IMG/VR virus record: IMGVR_UViG_3300033475_000014
Span: 12,770 to 76,769 of that record
From: a virus
Lineage: Duplodnaviria; Caudoviricetes
Length of the DNA stretch: 64,000 nucleotides
Strand: one strand, 5' to 3'
Of the stretch, positions 36,217 to 47,108 are shown piece after piece (position 1 is the stretch's first letter; the number at the start of each line of letters is the position of its first letter). The notes under the pieces were generated by a model that saw only the letters and a program-made list of their open reading frames with translations, was not told where the DNA came from and ran no database searches. Made by a program: the position numbers and the translations under genes.

Positions 36217-37073
36217 TACACAAGCCTCGCTTTTAGAATCTGTCCAGAGTATGTGTTGTATCCGCCTGTACCCGACTGTACCTGTACGCCAACGTTGTAT
36301 GTATGGCTACCAGCTGACGGAGTATGCTGAGCTGCTATAGAGGCTCCTTCGAGACCGCCTGCGTTTGGAATAACCCAATATTTCCTAGCCAGTAGCGTTC
36401 CGCTGCCAACTGTCCCTTCCCAGAGGGAGAGAGAAACATATTGAACACCAACAGTGTTTGTAACGACTATGTTATCTAAGATTATCTCTACGTCTCTACC
36501 GCCTGAAGGTACTGTGACAGTAAGTGTTGCGCCTGTTGCTTGTACATCAGCAGCAGATGATGTACTAAATGATGTAAAGCTAGTGCTTTTACCAAGTGTG
36601 ATAGCGTTAGTTGCTAATTTTTGACCGGTTACGGCACCATCAGCGACTTTCGCTGTCGATACAGACCCATCGGTAATAGTTGTGTTGCCAACACTGTTGT
36701 CTTTTAATGTACCGTTCTGGTTGAGCGAAACAAGCGTAGCCGCCGTTAAATCATCAGCCCAACGAGCAGTTGCTGCCGCGATAACAGGTGAGCCTGCTGG
36801 GTAAATAGTGTCTGTACCGGCAGTAAGAGTAAGCTGCGTAATGGTATTACCAGAGACGATACCCTTCCAGTCTGTACGACTCCCAACAATCTCATTACCG
36901 TTTGAGTCAATCTTGTATAGTACAAATGTGACAGGTGTTGAAGTGCCCCAACCTGTTAGGTCGTCGGCATTAAGAAGTGATGCGCCGACGCTCTTCTGTG
37001 CTGTGAGGGTAGTTGGGTTCGGGCGAGTACCGCTCGACGCTACCATTATCTTATCTGTTATTGTCGCGGTCAT
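36216..37073 (-). CDS. Tail fibre-like protein (module B)
   Basis: DGSVSTAKVADGAVTGQKL repeats; C-terminus shared with 8709-9335. Confidence 0.6.
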   Translation of the reverse strand: MTATITDKIMVASSGTRPNPTTLTAQKSVGASLLNADDLTGWGTSTPVTFVLYKIDSNGNEIVGSRTDWKGIVSGNTITQLTLTAGTDTIYPAGSPVIAAATARWADDLTAATLVSLNQNGTLKDNSVGNTTITDGSVSTAKVADGAVTGQKLATNAITLGKSTSFTSFSTSSAADVQATGATLTVTVPSGGRDVEIILDNIVVTNTVGVQYVSLSLWEGTVGSGTLLARKYWVIPNAGGLEGASIAAQHTPSAGSHTYNVGVQVQSGTGGYNTYSGQILKARLV

Positions 37074-37093
37074 GTAGTACCTCTGTTTTCTTA

Positions 37094-37118
37094 ATTATAG
37101 TTTTCGTTTATTGGTAAA
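37094..37118 (-). promoter_or_regulatory. Module B late promoter 1
   Basis: TTTACCAATAA-N8-TATAAT. Confidence 0.7.
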
Positions 37119-37119
37119 A

Positions 37120-39435
37120 TTAGCTGTCGCTATCGAGTAGACCGATGTTTACGCTTTCCACGATTACGTCTGAAAGCTGATAGTTAGTACCAGCAACTGA
37201 AGAAGAGACTTCCCAGGACACGTAATTCATGTCCTCATCAATCTCGATCTGTACTTTTTGTCGTGGAACGCCTGAAGAAATCGGTATATTAACCGTTTGT
37301 CCCCATCCTAGGACGCCCCAACCAGCTTCGCCCCAACCGGCAGGTAGGTTTGTAGGTGCGTATGTCCTAGAGTCCACAGCAACTGTTGCTTGGTCGTCAT
37401 CTTCAGTCCTACCGAAGATTGAGAAATTAATGGTTCCTTTTGGTCTAAGTAGAATGAACGTCATCCTTGTAACGGTTGCCCATTCCTCGCCGTCATCAGA
37501 GAACCTTAACTGACCGCTCGTTATATCTGTAGGAAAGGCTAGAGACCCATCCATAGTTGCCTGAATGGTAGAAAACTCGTAGATGACATTACCACTTAGC
37601 ACTATATGGTGTGTCATACCTGAATTGTCTTCATACAAGGTCATCCAGTCAGCAGAAACGTTGTATGGGAGCATCCAGGCACCCTTACGTTTACTGTTTC
37701 CTAGGTCGAGCAGCCATATCTGATTATTTGTATCCGATCCTACCGGGAGCGCCCAGTAAACTATTCCGTCCCTTGTTGTCTGTACGCACGAGTCCATCGC
37801 CTGGATGTTAAGGTTTTTAACGTCTGTTTCGATGTTCTCTGAGATAGTTTCGGTCGAGAGAATGTTCTGGATTTGAGCTTTAGTGAAAGTACTCTTAAAC
37901 CCATCCCTCGAAGGGTAAATTAGTTGGTCTTGGATAGATGCAATACCGTCAGGTGAGTCGGTACCATCCTGGCCGTTGTCTTCTTTCACATCGAAGTAAG
38001 TAATAACTTCACCACCTACAGTGACGTTCGCGTCCTGCATCGTGTGGCGTTTACCAGCACCGTTCGTTCCCTTAGAAATAACCATAGGTACAGGATCTCC
38101 CTGGCCAGTCCTAAATGGCTTTACGTTTACAGGAATGTATTTAGTGCCTTTACCGATTGATACCCACCCACCACCGTTATATGGTGAGAAATCGAGCGCG
38201 TATGCACCTTTGCCTCCGAACCGCACGTAGTCAACGTGGTCTGAGTCTCCGGTAAGGAATACCTGGCCGTTGATTTCTGTTCCCCTGGTTACTTTTGGAC
38301 CTGCGGTGGTATCGGCAATAGGCGCTTGGTGCGTTACGTCTTTTGAAGACGAGCCATCGTCCTTAAACGAAGTTCCAGTGATAGCTGAAGCGATTAAATA
38401 CTGCGCCCCAGATGTTTCACCTATGTATAAGTTGTAGCTTTGGGCACCAGATACTGCTGACCAGCTAATCGTGAGGAAGTTAGTAGTATTGTCCCAAGCG
38501 CCGCGTACAAGTGAGACCTGCTTGCTCGCGATAGGTGAGCCAGCAGTTTCTCCGACCGTACTATTAGCTGTGACGGTGTAGTAATAGGTGTAGGTTGTAC
38601 CAGATAGCCCGGTGGCAGTGATTGTTGGTATTGTAGGGGTCGTCAAAGCGGTAAATGGGACTACTCCTAGTGTGAGGGTGTCAAGGTAGGAGAGGCTATC
38701 TACGCCGTTCATCACAAGGACCTTATTATCTATCTGGCAGAAGTGTCCGTTTGCTGAATTACTGTAGGTTTTACCAGTTACTTTCGTCCATGATAAGTCC
38801 TCACCTCGAGCGATATGTACGTAGGTGGTATTACCGCCCTTAAGAGTCTCTGTAATGGCGATGGCTGGAGAAGTTCCGCCCGTAAGACTGCTGGTTGAAG
38901 TGATAGCGGGTACGTCTGTGTTAGCGTAGACACCGCCGAAAGTTATAACAATTGGCGTACCTGGTAGATTACCACCAGTACAAACCACATCCCCTGGTGC
39001 GATATTGGATAGCGCGATTAAAGCAGTTTGAACAGTTGAAGCAGATGCGTTGTAGGCTATGGCGCTTGTAGTCTGACCTGAGAATGTAAGTGTGAATGTG
39101 CCACCTGTTGGAGTACCGGTGATTGTAAGGGTTTGTACTTCATTCTGTGGGATGGTCTGAAGGGAGATCATCCTGTTCGTGGTTGTTGTACCTACAGTTG
39201 AGCGAAACTCATATATCTCGCCAAGAACTGTACCAGCTGGCTGCGGGCCATATTGAACAAGAGAAGGACGAGGCCCAATCGTACCATCCTGGTAAAGACG
39301 TACGTTCACAGCCTTAGAGAGGCCGTCATTTGGTGTACGGCCAATATCTAGCTGGCTGTTATATCCGCCAACCCATGCCCTATTACTCAGTCGATCTATA
39401 GTAGGCGGTTTAGTTATTTTAGGAACCGGTATCAC
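37120..39435 (-). CDS. Tail tube/stabilisation protein (module B) with an inserted EVQT-TGGTF domain
   Basis: 771 aa beta-rich, follows the adaptor gene. Confidence 0.65.
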   Translation of the reverse strand: MIPVPKITKPPTIDRLSNRAWVGGYNSQLDIGRTPNDGLSKAVNVRLYQDGTIGPRPSLVQYGPQPAGTVLGEIYEFRSTVGTTTTNRMISLQTIPQNEVQTLTITGTPTGGTFTLTFSGQTTSAIAYNASASTVQTALIALSNIAPGDVVCTGGNLPGTPIVITFGGVYANTDVPAITSTSSLTGGTSPAIAITETLKGGNTTYVHIARGEDLSWTKVTGKTYSNSANGHFCQIDNKVLVMNGVDSLSYLDTLTLGVVPFTALTTPTIPTITATGLSGTTYTYYYTVTANSTVGETAGSPIASKQVSLVRGAWDNTTNFLTISWSAVSGAQSYNLYIGETSGAQYLIASAITGTSFKDDGSSSKDVTHQAPIADTTAGPKVTRGTEINGQVFLTGDSDHVDYVRFGGKGAYALDFSPYNGGGWVSIGKGTKYIPVNVKPFRTGQGDPVPMVISKGTNGAGKRHTMQDANVTVGGEVITYFDVKEDNGQDGTDSPDGIASIQDQLIYPSRDGFKSTFTKAQIQNILSTETISENIETDVKNLNIQAMDSCVQTTRDGIVYWALPVGSDTNNQIWLLDLGNSKRKGAWMLPYNVSADWMTLYEDNSGMTHHIVLSGNVIYEFSTIQATMDGSLAFPTDITSGQLRFSDDGEEWATVTRMTFILLRPKGTINFSIFGRTEDDDQATVAVDSRTYAPTNLPAGWGEAGWGVLGWGQTVNIPISSGVPRQKVQIEIDEDMNYVSWEVSSSVAGTNYQLSDVIVESVNIGLLDSDS

Positions 39436-40004
39436 GTTCTAACTCCTTTAAATTTAACCTCTGCAGCTAGTCGAGCGGCTAAGGCTTCGGAGAAGTCACT
39501 AAACTTCCCTAGATGCATGAGCTTGTAGTTGATACATATGCTCGCGTACCAAGCCTTGTCACGCTTGTGAAAATACACTCCCGTATGCCCTGATTTGTTT
39601 TTCTTAAATATTCTTCTGTTATTTACCTGTTGCTGTGCGGTTGCCCATCTGCAATTAGACGGCTCGTAGTTACCGTCAACATTAATGCGATCTATGGTCG
39701 TTCCTATCGGCCTGGGTCCCATATCCTTCACAAACTGTTTGAACCCATCACGACCAAGCCAAGACTCTGTTATTTCTATACCTCTACCGCCGTAATTGTT
39801 ATAGTTTGGGCAGTTTTGGTTTAGACATCGGTATTTTATATCCATGTATGTTTTATAAAGAGGATGCTTAGTAAGGCCCTGATTTTCATTTCTTGTGAGT
39901 TTCAAAGGGTCACCATTTCTTTTTACACGTTGCCAGTGTAGAGAACAGTACCCCTTTGCAAAGAATGGTTTCGAGCAATCTTTTACTAAACAAATTCGGT
40001 TCAT
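39432..40004 (-). CDS. HNH-AP2 endonuclease
   Basis: YGGRGI...TIDRINVDGNYEPSNCRW plus AP2 motif SGHTGVYF...WYASI. Confidence 0.85.
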   Translation of the reverse strand: MNRICLVKDCSKPFFAKGYCSLHWQRVKRNGDPLKLTRNENQGLTKHPLYKTYMDIKYRCLNQNCPNYNNYGGRGIEITESWLGRDGFKQFVKDMGPRPIGTTIDRINVDGNYEPSNCRWATAQQQVNNRRIFKKNKSGHTGVYFHKRDKAWYASICINYKLMHLGKFSDFSEALAARLAAEVKFKGVRT

Positions 40005-40005
40005 A

Positions 40006-40725
40006 CTACTCTACTCCTAGCGGTTCACCTGTTGAGTTACGGTATGGGTTCGTGTATCCTTCTCCACCGAAGGTTTCACCTAGAACACTCGGGTAAAGTT
40101 CAATTTGCGAGATAGACCCGGAGTTACGTTCTTTCATTCCTTCTAGGAGGTTGTTTGCATCACCTACAAGGTTTCCAAGCTGATTCTGTTTGGTTACTGA
40201 GTTACGTACAGATTCTGCCGCAATCATAGTAGCGAGCCACTCAGGGTCTGGTATGAGCACCTCGTCGGTTGTCTGTGTGAAGTCTTCAGGCTTAATATGC
40301 GCGGGTACAGTAACGGTGCCGTTGTATTGGGTATCTGTAGAAGTGAAAGTCTTACTAAAGATCAACTCTTGTCCGATAATCGTACAGGTACCGGGGTATC
40401 GGTAGCGTTTAAACTCTCCAGGGGTAACATATTGCCAGTAAGTTTCCTGGGTGCTGTTCGGGGTGGTGATAACAACAGGGTCTTTTTCATCCCTATGGAT
40501 TGCGTAAATAGTGTCGTCTAACGTAACTCGGTCACTCGTAATGGTACCGAGGTCAATTCGGTCGTATGTCCAATCCCATTGCACTCCAGGTTCACGGATT
40601 AACTTCTTCTGAAGCATGTTACCTAGAGCAAGGAATTTAATATATTGGGCCGATGTAGTCTCAAGGGCTGTTGCTTTACCCTTACCTATGAGCCAAGCGT
40701 CTTGGATAACTTCCTGGATGGTCAT
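40006..40725 (-). CDS. Head-tail adaptor (module B)
   Basis: MTIQEVIQDAW..., synteny with the tail tube gene. Confidence 0.6.
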   Translation of the reverse strand: MTIQEVIQDAWLIGKGKATALETTSAQYIKFLALGNMLQKKLIREPGVQWDWTYDRIDLGTITSDRVTLDDTIYAIHRDEKDPVVITTPNSTQETYWQYVTPGEFKRYRYPGTCTIIGQELIFSKTFTSTDTQYNGTVTVPAHIKPEDFTQTTDEVLIPDPEWLATMIAAESVRNSVTKQNQLGNLVGDANNLLEGMKERNSGSISQIELYPSVLGETFGGEGYTNPYRNSTGEPLGVE

Positions 40726-43700
40726 GATTTCTCCTTTATTGCGTTGCCGCTTGATTGCAGCAGTTTACGAATTGCAGCAGTTGAACCAACTCGGTTGAAA
40801 GATGACTTAGGAATCTTGAAGCTAGACTTTCTACCCTTCTTTCCACCTTTTTTGCCAGAGCCAGATTTTTTTGAGCCGTCGTCGAGCTTTACGTTGCCGT
40901 ATTTGTCCCTGAACTTGTTAGTTTTCTCTAGGCCAGCATTAACGAGCGCATCACCATACGCGAGGATGCCTTCTACTTTTTTCTTGCCGTCAGGGTCAGT
41001 GGATACAAGGTTGTATACGTCCTGTTTGCTCATGTTGTAAAGATCTACGGTGTCGTTGTCGTAATCTTTTTGAACAGCTAACTTATTTAGTTCTTTCTGC
41101 TTCTTGGCCTTTTGAACAGTCGACCAATCCTTAGATTTAGAGTCGAAGTCTTCTTTAGCAGATTGATACTTGTCAGCGTATGTTTCAGATGATGGATCAG
41201 TAGACTTTGTGTAGTCAGCTACCGAACGTGTACCCTCTTGGAGCTTGCGTTGGTTAGTAGTGAGTTTCTTTGGCTCATACCCATTACCTGGGTTAAGTGC
41301 ATCCTGTTTGCTGTATGTGACCGCGTTAACATCTGTCTTAAGTCTGTTAAGGGCACTCATCTTATCATCTTGAGATAGTGATGTATATTCGGGAGAATTA
41401 ATTAGTTGGTCCCGCGCCGCTCTATAGGCATCATCTGCATATTGTGAAGAAGGCGTGCTTGATGCGCCGAGGAACCGGTTACTGATAGAAGATCCTAATG
41501 GCGTACCTTTTACTTCGTTTGGTGAGATGACTCCAGCGTTTGCAAGTGCATTATCGCTAACATTTAGCGCGGTTTGGCCGGCTCCTCCTGCAGATGTCTT
41601 TATAAAGTTGTCGATCTGGCGCGGCGATAGGTTAAGTGCTTTACCAAGTGTTTTTGCAGTACCACTTGTGTAGTCGCCGTATTGCTCGCTTGCCGGTAAT
41701 TCCTTCTGACTTTCAGGAACGATGTCATTACCGGTGAATAGGTTCTTATTGTTCAATGCCTCGATCCCCGGTTTCAAAGCCTGAGGCAATAACTGGTTTT
41801 CAGCTTCTCGTGCAGAACCTACATTCAGTGAAGTAGTTGTACCTACTAGTCCAGCTAGTGCTTTCTTTGAGTCGAAGTTCTTGTCGCCGTTTTCGGCTTC
41901 AACGCCATTTCTTGCGATGTTGTTAAGGTTAGCAAGTTCCTGAGACACAGGGATTTTAACAACATTCCATCTACCGGTGGTAGGGTCTTTCACTGGGTTA
42001 TCTGGGACGATAATTATGTTGCCTTCTTTTTCATATTCGCTAATATCGTCGTAAGCAGCTTTACGTTTAGGATCACTAATATTCCACAGTGTTGTTGTCA
42101 CTGTAGGGAGTGTGCTGAGTACCGCGACCTTAGCAGCGGTCTGAAGAGGTCGTTCTTTAGTATTGCGTACGAATGTTCTAGCGCCTTGTATACCAGCATT
42201 TAAGTAAGGAAGAACGCTATTAAGTACACTCCCGTACTCACCCGCACGTGCAAAGTTAATTGTGTTGTTACGTGCTGCGTGTGCTCCATATCGTTTTGCT
42301 TCATCTTCAGAAGCCCCCTTAGCAAGAGCGGCGCCCTTATTCCCGTAGTACTGTAGCGCGCGTGTAAACTCCTCTGATCGCCCAATCGTATTCTCAACAG
42401 CACGTAGAAGCTCTCCTGGGTGAGTTACTGTATAGAGTGTTTTGGTTCCCGCGTTTTTATCAGCACGTATTCTGGCGACAGTCTGTTTAGGTGCATCGCG
42501 TGCAATATCAAATGATGTACCGCCAGCTCCTTCTCGTAACAATTCACCATATGCTTTACTATTGTGGTTTAGCGAAGCAGCTGTTGCCTTACCTAGGGCT
42601 TTAGGGTTAAGTATGGATGATCGTAGTGGGTGCTCTGAATTAAGCGCTGCAGATGCCATGTCCTTTGCAAGGTTGGCCAACGTAAACCCTACGTTTACAC
42701 CAGTAGCACCAAGCCTAAGCGTCCTAGTAGGGACTTGTAGCATCTTAATTAGGATGTTCGATTGCTCTTTATTGAGCGATTTTGCAGCTGCAGCAATCTC
42801 AGGCGTTGTCTCGAATCTACGAACTTTACCGTTATCAATGTATGAGATAGTTGGTTTACTTCCAACTATCTCGCTTGGCTTTAGCTCTCGTAAACTGAAC
42901 GGGTTACCAGGTAAGTCTTTGTAGCTAGCAAGAATAGACGCAGCTTTATTGCGTTCACCTTGTTTGATTACGTCTGACGTTTTAGCAGCGATTGAAGCTA
43001 GTGGACTCTCGATCTGCCGCTCAGATCCCTTAATCCTTTGGACTACAGATTGGCCGGATATTGATGCCTTACCGCTCCCATTGCCCTTAAATGTTCTCGT
43101 TTCAGCGTCACCGAATATGCGGTTTGCGGGTACATAGTTAGGGTATTGCTTCTTGAGCTTTGTAGCCGTTGCCTTAGAGATGAGCCCGTAGTCTACCGTC
43201 TTATCTAGTAGGTCTTGGTTGTATTTCGTGATCGCTTGCGCATGAGGCTCGTATGTCGGAGCAAGTGACTGGACAAGTTGGCGATCGGCTTCTAGATTTC
43301 TACCAGTCTTAATGCCATTTGCTTCAAGATCTGCAGCATGCTTAGCAATAAGGTATTGATCTAGAGCTTTAGTATCGGGGACATTCTGAATTACGTCTGC
43401 TAGGCCATTGTCTTTGACGTACTGACCAGCTATTGTGTCACTTCTTAGAACCCTATCTAATTGAGGGGTAATGTGGTTTGCGTCACCGATTTTAATGTTT
43501 GCGCCGTTCTTGTTCGCTGTCTTAAGAGTGTTTTCGATAGGTGATAGGCTATCAATAAGCTTAGAGTTGATCTCCTTACGAAGATTAGTAATAGGATTCG
43601 CGCTACCTTGCTTTCGCGCAGCGTCTTGTAGCTGCTGCTGTTGTCTCAGGTATGACCTTGTATCAAGTGTAGGTGGAGCTGTTTCAGGTTCAGGCGATGG

Positions 43701-44642
43701 TATCTGCTCAACTCGGCGTGGAGCTGCGGCAACTTTGTTAACAGATGGGATCCTGCCTACTGTTGGTGTCTGCTGTTCCCTTACACGTTGAATAGCAGTA
43801 CCGAGCCGTGTTTTACCGCTGCGGAGCGCTCCTCCTGCTAGCCCACCTACCAATGAAGCTCCTCCTGCCTGTAGACCGGCAGCCATTGCTTGATTAGGAT
43901 CGAATGACGTGAAGTTACTGTTAATTCCTTGATCCACAGCGTTAAGTCCCGCAAATGTAGGGACATCAATTGCTGCATTTGTCCCTGCCTTGACTCCAAC
44001 ATTCGCTGATCGACGAAGAGTATCGTTTGCAATATTCTGAGTTACCTTCTCACCTAATCCTTCGGCCAGTTTTCCACCACCAGGGAGTACGTACGGTGCA
44101 TAGTGAATACCTGTACTAGTAGCTTCTTTGGCAAACTGGAGGGGGGACGCTGTGCCTCGTGCTACATCGAGTGGAACCACGGAATGCTGTAGGTTGTTGT
44201 ATACCTCTTGGTTTGTAGCATTAATGAGATTCTTAGTATTCTTACCACCGTTAAATAATTTGTCTGCACCGATCATTGCCCCACCCACAGCAGCCGTGAC
44301 AGGTATAGCGACGGTGTTCACTACCTTATTCGCATCGTCAATCGTAGGCTTAATAACAGCGTTATCAAGCGTTGGCTGAGGAGCTGGTTTTGCATTAATA
44401 GTAGGTTCAGGGTTTATATTCTGCCCGAGTAGCTTCTTCTGTGGATTGAGGCTCGATGCATGGATAAGACTAGTATTTACCTGGGGCTGTAGGAGTTTTG
44501 GCTGCTGTGGAGTTAAAGGCGTATTAACGGACACCTGTGGACGTGCGACAGACTGTTGGGTTTGCTGTGGTTGTTGCTGAGGCTTCTTCTTTTTATCAGG
44601 AACAAGGCCCAGTAGTTTTCCGATGGCGCCAAAAATATCCAC
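40722..44642 (-). CDS. Large internal virion/ejection protein with an LPD38-like region
   Basis: 1306 aa; PYLNAGIQG...YDDISEYEKEGNIII...VKIP. Confidence 0.7.
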   Translation of the reverse strand: MDIFGAIGKLLGLVPDKKKKPQQQPQQTQQSVARPQVSVNTPLTPQQPKLLQPQVNTSLIHASSLNPQKKLLGQNINPEPTINAKPAPQPTLDNAVIKPTIDDANKVVNTVAIPVTAAVGGAMIGADKLFNGGKNTKNLINATNQEVYNNLQHSVVPLDVARGTASPLQFAKEATSTGIHYAPYVLPGGGKLAEGLGEKVTQNIANDTLRRSANVGVKAGTNAAIDVPTFAGLNAVDQGINSNFTSFDPNQAMAAGLQAGGASLVGGLAGGALRSGKTRLGTAIQRVREQQTPTVGRIPSVNKVAAAPRRVEQIPSPEPETAPPTLDTRSYLRQQQQLQDAARKQGSANPITNLRKEINSKLIDSLSPIENTLKTANKNGANIKIGDANHITPQLDRVLRSDTIAGQYVKDNGLADVIQNVPDTKALDQYLIAKHAADLEANGIKTGRNLEADRQLVQSLAPTYEPHAQAITKYNQDLLDKTVDYGLISKATATKLKKQYPNYVPANRIFGDAETRTFKGNGSGKASISGQSVVQRIKGSERQIESPLASIAAKTSDVIKQGERNKAASILASYKDLPGNPFSLRELKPSEIVGSKPTISYIDNGKVRRFETTPEIAAAAKSLNKEQSNILIKMLQVPTRTLRLGATGVNVGFTLANLAKDMASAALNSEHPLRSSILNPKALGKATAASLNHNSKAYGELLREGAGGTSFDIARDAPKQTVARIRADKNAGTKTLYTVTHPGELLRAVENTIGRSEEFTRALQYYGNKGAALAKGASEDEAKRYGAHAARNNTINFARAGEYGSVLNSVLPYLNAGIQGARTFVRNTKERPLQTAAKVAVLSTLPTVTTTLWNISDPKRKAAYDDISEYEKEGNIIIVPDNPVKDPTTGRWNVVKIPVSQELANLNNIARNGVEAENGDKNFDSKKALAGLVGTTTSLNVGSAREAENQLLPQALKPGIEALNNKNLFTGNDIVPESQKELPASEQYGDYTSGTAKTLGKALNLSPRQIDNFIKTSAGGAGQTALNVSDNALANAGVISPNEVKGTPLGSSISNRFLGASSTPSSQYADDAYRAARDQLINSPEYTSLSQDDKMSALNRLKTDVNAVTYSKQDALNPGNGYEPKKLTTNQRKLQEGTRSVADYTKSTDPSSETYADKYQSAKEDFDSKSKDWSTVQKAKKQKELNKLAVQKDYDNDTVDLYNMSKQDVYNLVSTDPDGKKKVEGILAYGDALVNAGLEKTNKFRDKYGNVKLDDGSKKSGSGKKGGKKGRKSSFKIPKSSFNRVGSTAAIRKLLQSSGNAIKEKS

Positions 44643-45079
44643 TAGATACTCCTTACCCTATCTCCTCGTTGAAGGTGGCGTTGGTATTGAGGTACTGCGG
44701 TTCCTTGGATAAGTGTGTTGAACCCATTTAGTGGGTGAGGCGAATCTACCGGTGCTTGTATTGGACTGAAAGGATGTACCGCATTCGGATCGTTTGGCTC
44801 GGCGTTATCATTCTCAAGGGTTTGAGCTCCAGTTTCCGGGTTGGTGTACACACGGTATAGAGGATTAGGCTTATTCTGTGGAATTAAATTACGCAGTTCG
44901 CTAGTCATGAACGGCTGAAGTGGTTTGGTGGTCGGTTTGTCAATAACACCCACTTTCATATTTGGATGTGATTGGAATGGTACGGCCTGTGGCATATGCT
45001 GAGCTACTGGGGCTGCCTGAGGTGCCTGCTGATGTTGGCCTACCCCTATAAGCTTTTTAAGCGCTCCTAAAATATCCAT
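44642..45079 (-). CDS. Pro/Gln-rich internal virion protein
   Basis: N-terminus MDILGALKKLIG resembles that of the 1306-aa protein (MDIFGAIGKLLG). Confidence 0.5.
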   Translation of the reverse strand: MDILGALKKLIGVGQHQQAPQAAPVAQHMPQAVPFQSHPNMKVGVIDKPTTKPLQPFMTSELRNLIPQNKPNPLYRVYTNPETGAQTLENDNAEPNDPNAVHPFSPIQAPVDSPHPLNGFNTLIQGTAVPQYQRHLQRGDRVRSI

Positions 45080-45088
45080 GTGACCTCC

Positions 45089-46153
45089 TTAGAAGGTTTG
45101 CTGTTTACGTTGGTCGTCGCCTAAGCCTAGTAGGTTATAGAATTGTCCTGCGGCGGACTGAACTGGCGATGCTCCAGGAGTTACGTTAATATCGCTAGTC
45201 TGGTATTGAGCAAGTTCAGGTGCAGTGAATTTAAGGTCATTCTTAGCTGCGATCGTTGGGTTGAGGCCAAGTGAGTCAATTTGTGCAAGAAGTGCGTTAA
45301 CGCGAGCGTTATTACCCTGTGTAGCAGCACGCGCTGCATCGTATGTTTGTCCTTGTGCCTGAGCCTTCTGAAGCTGTAGCTGTGACATCTGATCGAGAAG
45401 TTGAGCTTCCTTCTCAGCGAGACTAGCCTGTAATGAATTTCGTTGGATTTGAGCCTGGCTATTAAGGTCAGTTTGGCTATCTTGAAATGACCGCTTGCGA
45501 TCTTCATCGGCGGTATCGAGATTCTGAAGGTTACGTGAGTAGCCTGTTTGGATGTCACCTAGCTGGGTGTTGCCTTGGCGTGCTACAGCGAGAGGTGCTG
45601 CGTAGAGTGCTGCGCTGCTGCTGTTGCCGAGTAGTCGGCGTAGGCCAGCAGATTGCTTAGCTACGGTGTCATCAACTTTTGCGCGGGCAGTAACATTGTC
45701 GTCGATTGTACGCTGCTTAGTAGTGTCATAGTCACGCTGTGCGGCTGCGTTCTGGCCTAAGAGCTTGTTTAATGCAGCATTGTACTGACTGTTAATGTTC
45801 TGATTGCCAATATCTCGTTGACTACCGATACGGCCAAGAGCGCTATTAACTTGACCCAGCTGGTCATCGTAGTATGCAAGCGCAGCAGGGTCATATGATG
45901 ACGCTGAGGAGCCGCCAGAAGAGGAGGCAGTGTTCTGATATGGTCCCGTATCGGGACCAGAGGGTATGCTATCTTTTGTTGGCGTGCCGGTTGGCTGAGC
46001 TGGTTTACTAACTACTGTTGGGAAAAATCCAGCCTGTACACCAGATTTGCCATTGAAAGGATTCTGAAGGATAGGGACTGCGCCTTGATTGTTATTCGTC
46101 CATGGGTTCTGGACGAAGGGAATGTCAACTGTGTGACCAAGAATGTTAACCAT
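45089..46153 (-). CDS. Internal virion (pilot/ejection) protein
   Basis: 354 aa Gln/Ala-rich helical sequence. Confidence 0.6.
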   Translation of the reverse strand: MVNILGHTVDIPFVQNPWTNNNQGAVPILQNPFNGKSGVQAGFFPTVVSKPAQPTGTPTKDSIPSGPDTGPYQNTASSSGGSSASSYDPAALAYYDDQLGQVNSALGRIGSQRDIGNQNINSQYNAALNKLLGQNAAAQRDYDTTKQRTIDDNVTARAKVDDTVAKQSAGLRRLLGNSSSAALYAAPLAVARQGNTQLGDIQTGYSRNLQNLDTADEDRKRSFQDSQTDLNSQAQIQRNSLQASLAEKEAQLLDQMSQLQLQKAQAQGQTYDAARAATQGNNARVNALLAQIDSLGLNPTIAAKNDLKFTAPELAQYQTSDINVTPGASPVQSAAGQFYNLLGLGDDQRKQQTF

Positions 46154-46239
46154 AAAGAAACTCCAAATAAATTAATTGGCGTCCCTCTTTATGGATAGGT
46201 TAATATTTACCCTATTCTAGGTATAAATAAACTACCTAT

Positions 46240-46264
46240 ATTATAGGTAGTAGTTATTGGTAAA
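46240..46264 (-). promoter_or_regulatory. Module B late promoter 2 (overlaps the moron terminator hairpin at 46231-46251)
   Basis: TTTACCAATAA-N8-TATAAT. Confidence 0.7.
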
Positions 46265-46273
46265 GAATTACAG

Positions 46274-46894
46274 CTATCTAAGAAATGTAAGCGCTGAGCG
46301 GTTAATCCATCGATTACACTCATCTAAAACAGGCTTGCTTAGGTATGGGTCGGAAATATCTGAACAGTAGATTGAATGAAGTTCGTTAGCAAATTCTATT
46401 GTACCCGGCTGGAGTCCTTCTTCTAGGTAAATCTTCATACGGTTTCTCATAAACTCATCGCCAGTATATAAGTCGTTCAGCTGTACTGTAAGGTAGTCCT
46501 TGTCTTGCTGGGGCATTTTTATCCATACAGAATGAAGATACTCATGAGCTAGCGTATTTGCAACTGGCTCGATCTCAGAATGATTCCTGGCAATAGTTAT
46601 GGTGCGTATACCGTCGAATTCGCCCTGTTGCTCCTTTGTTGCGTATCCATCTATATATCTAATTATGAGCCCCGTAGGGTCGATACGTAATTGTCTTACC
46701 AAGGGGACGAGGGCAGGGTCTACCTCAGACACTGCCATCTGTTGGGCTTGAGTATTCGCTTCGGCTTTTGAGTATTCGCTTACTGATATATAGAATATGT
46801 TACCTACAATAAGCACAACATAAGCAAGAATTGCAAGCCCAATCACAAGAGCTGCGCTTTTTATGCTTATAGCCTTCTTAAGGATGTTTGCCAT
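46274..46894 (-). CDS. Membrane-anchored zincin-like metallopeptidase (moron)
   Basis: N-terminal TM, LAHEYLH (HExxH), later ELHS; own promoter TTGACA-17-TATAAG and own terminator. Confidence 0.7.
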   Translation of the reverse strand: MANILKKAISIKSAALVIGLAILAYVVLIVGNIFYISVSEYSKAEANTQAQQMAVSEVDPALVPLVRQLRIDPTGLIIRYIDGYATKEQQGEFDGIRTITIARNHSEIEPVANTLAHEYLHSVWIKMPQQDKDYLTVQLNDLYTGDEFMRNRMKIYLEEGLQPGTIEFANELHSIYCSDISDPYLSKPVLDECNRWINRSALTFLR

Positions 46895-47009
46895 ATCTAA
46901 ATATACTTATAGCAAATTATACAACGTTTGTCAACCTGCTCGATGGTGATTTAATTAGATGATAACTATTATATAGTTGCTATGTTTAGTAATTATGCTA
47001 TACTACTAG

Positions 47010-47107
47010 TAGTGCTTGTTCGGGCGAAAGCCTAACGCTCTGCCAAGGAATCTCCTATGCAGGAATGCAAGCACCACAAATTAGCTGACCATCGGTCGGC
47101 TTTTTTG
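47010..47107 (+). ncRNA. Candidate structured sRNA (about 98 nt)
   Basis: TTGCTA-16-TATACT promoter, three-way junction, terminator AGCTGACC-ATC-GGTCGGCT-TTTTT. Confidence 0.65.
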
Positions 47108-47108
47108 T

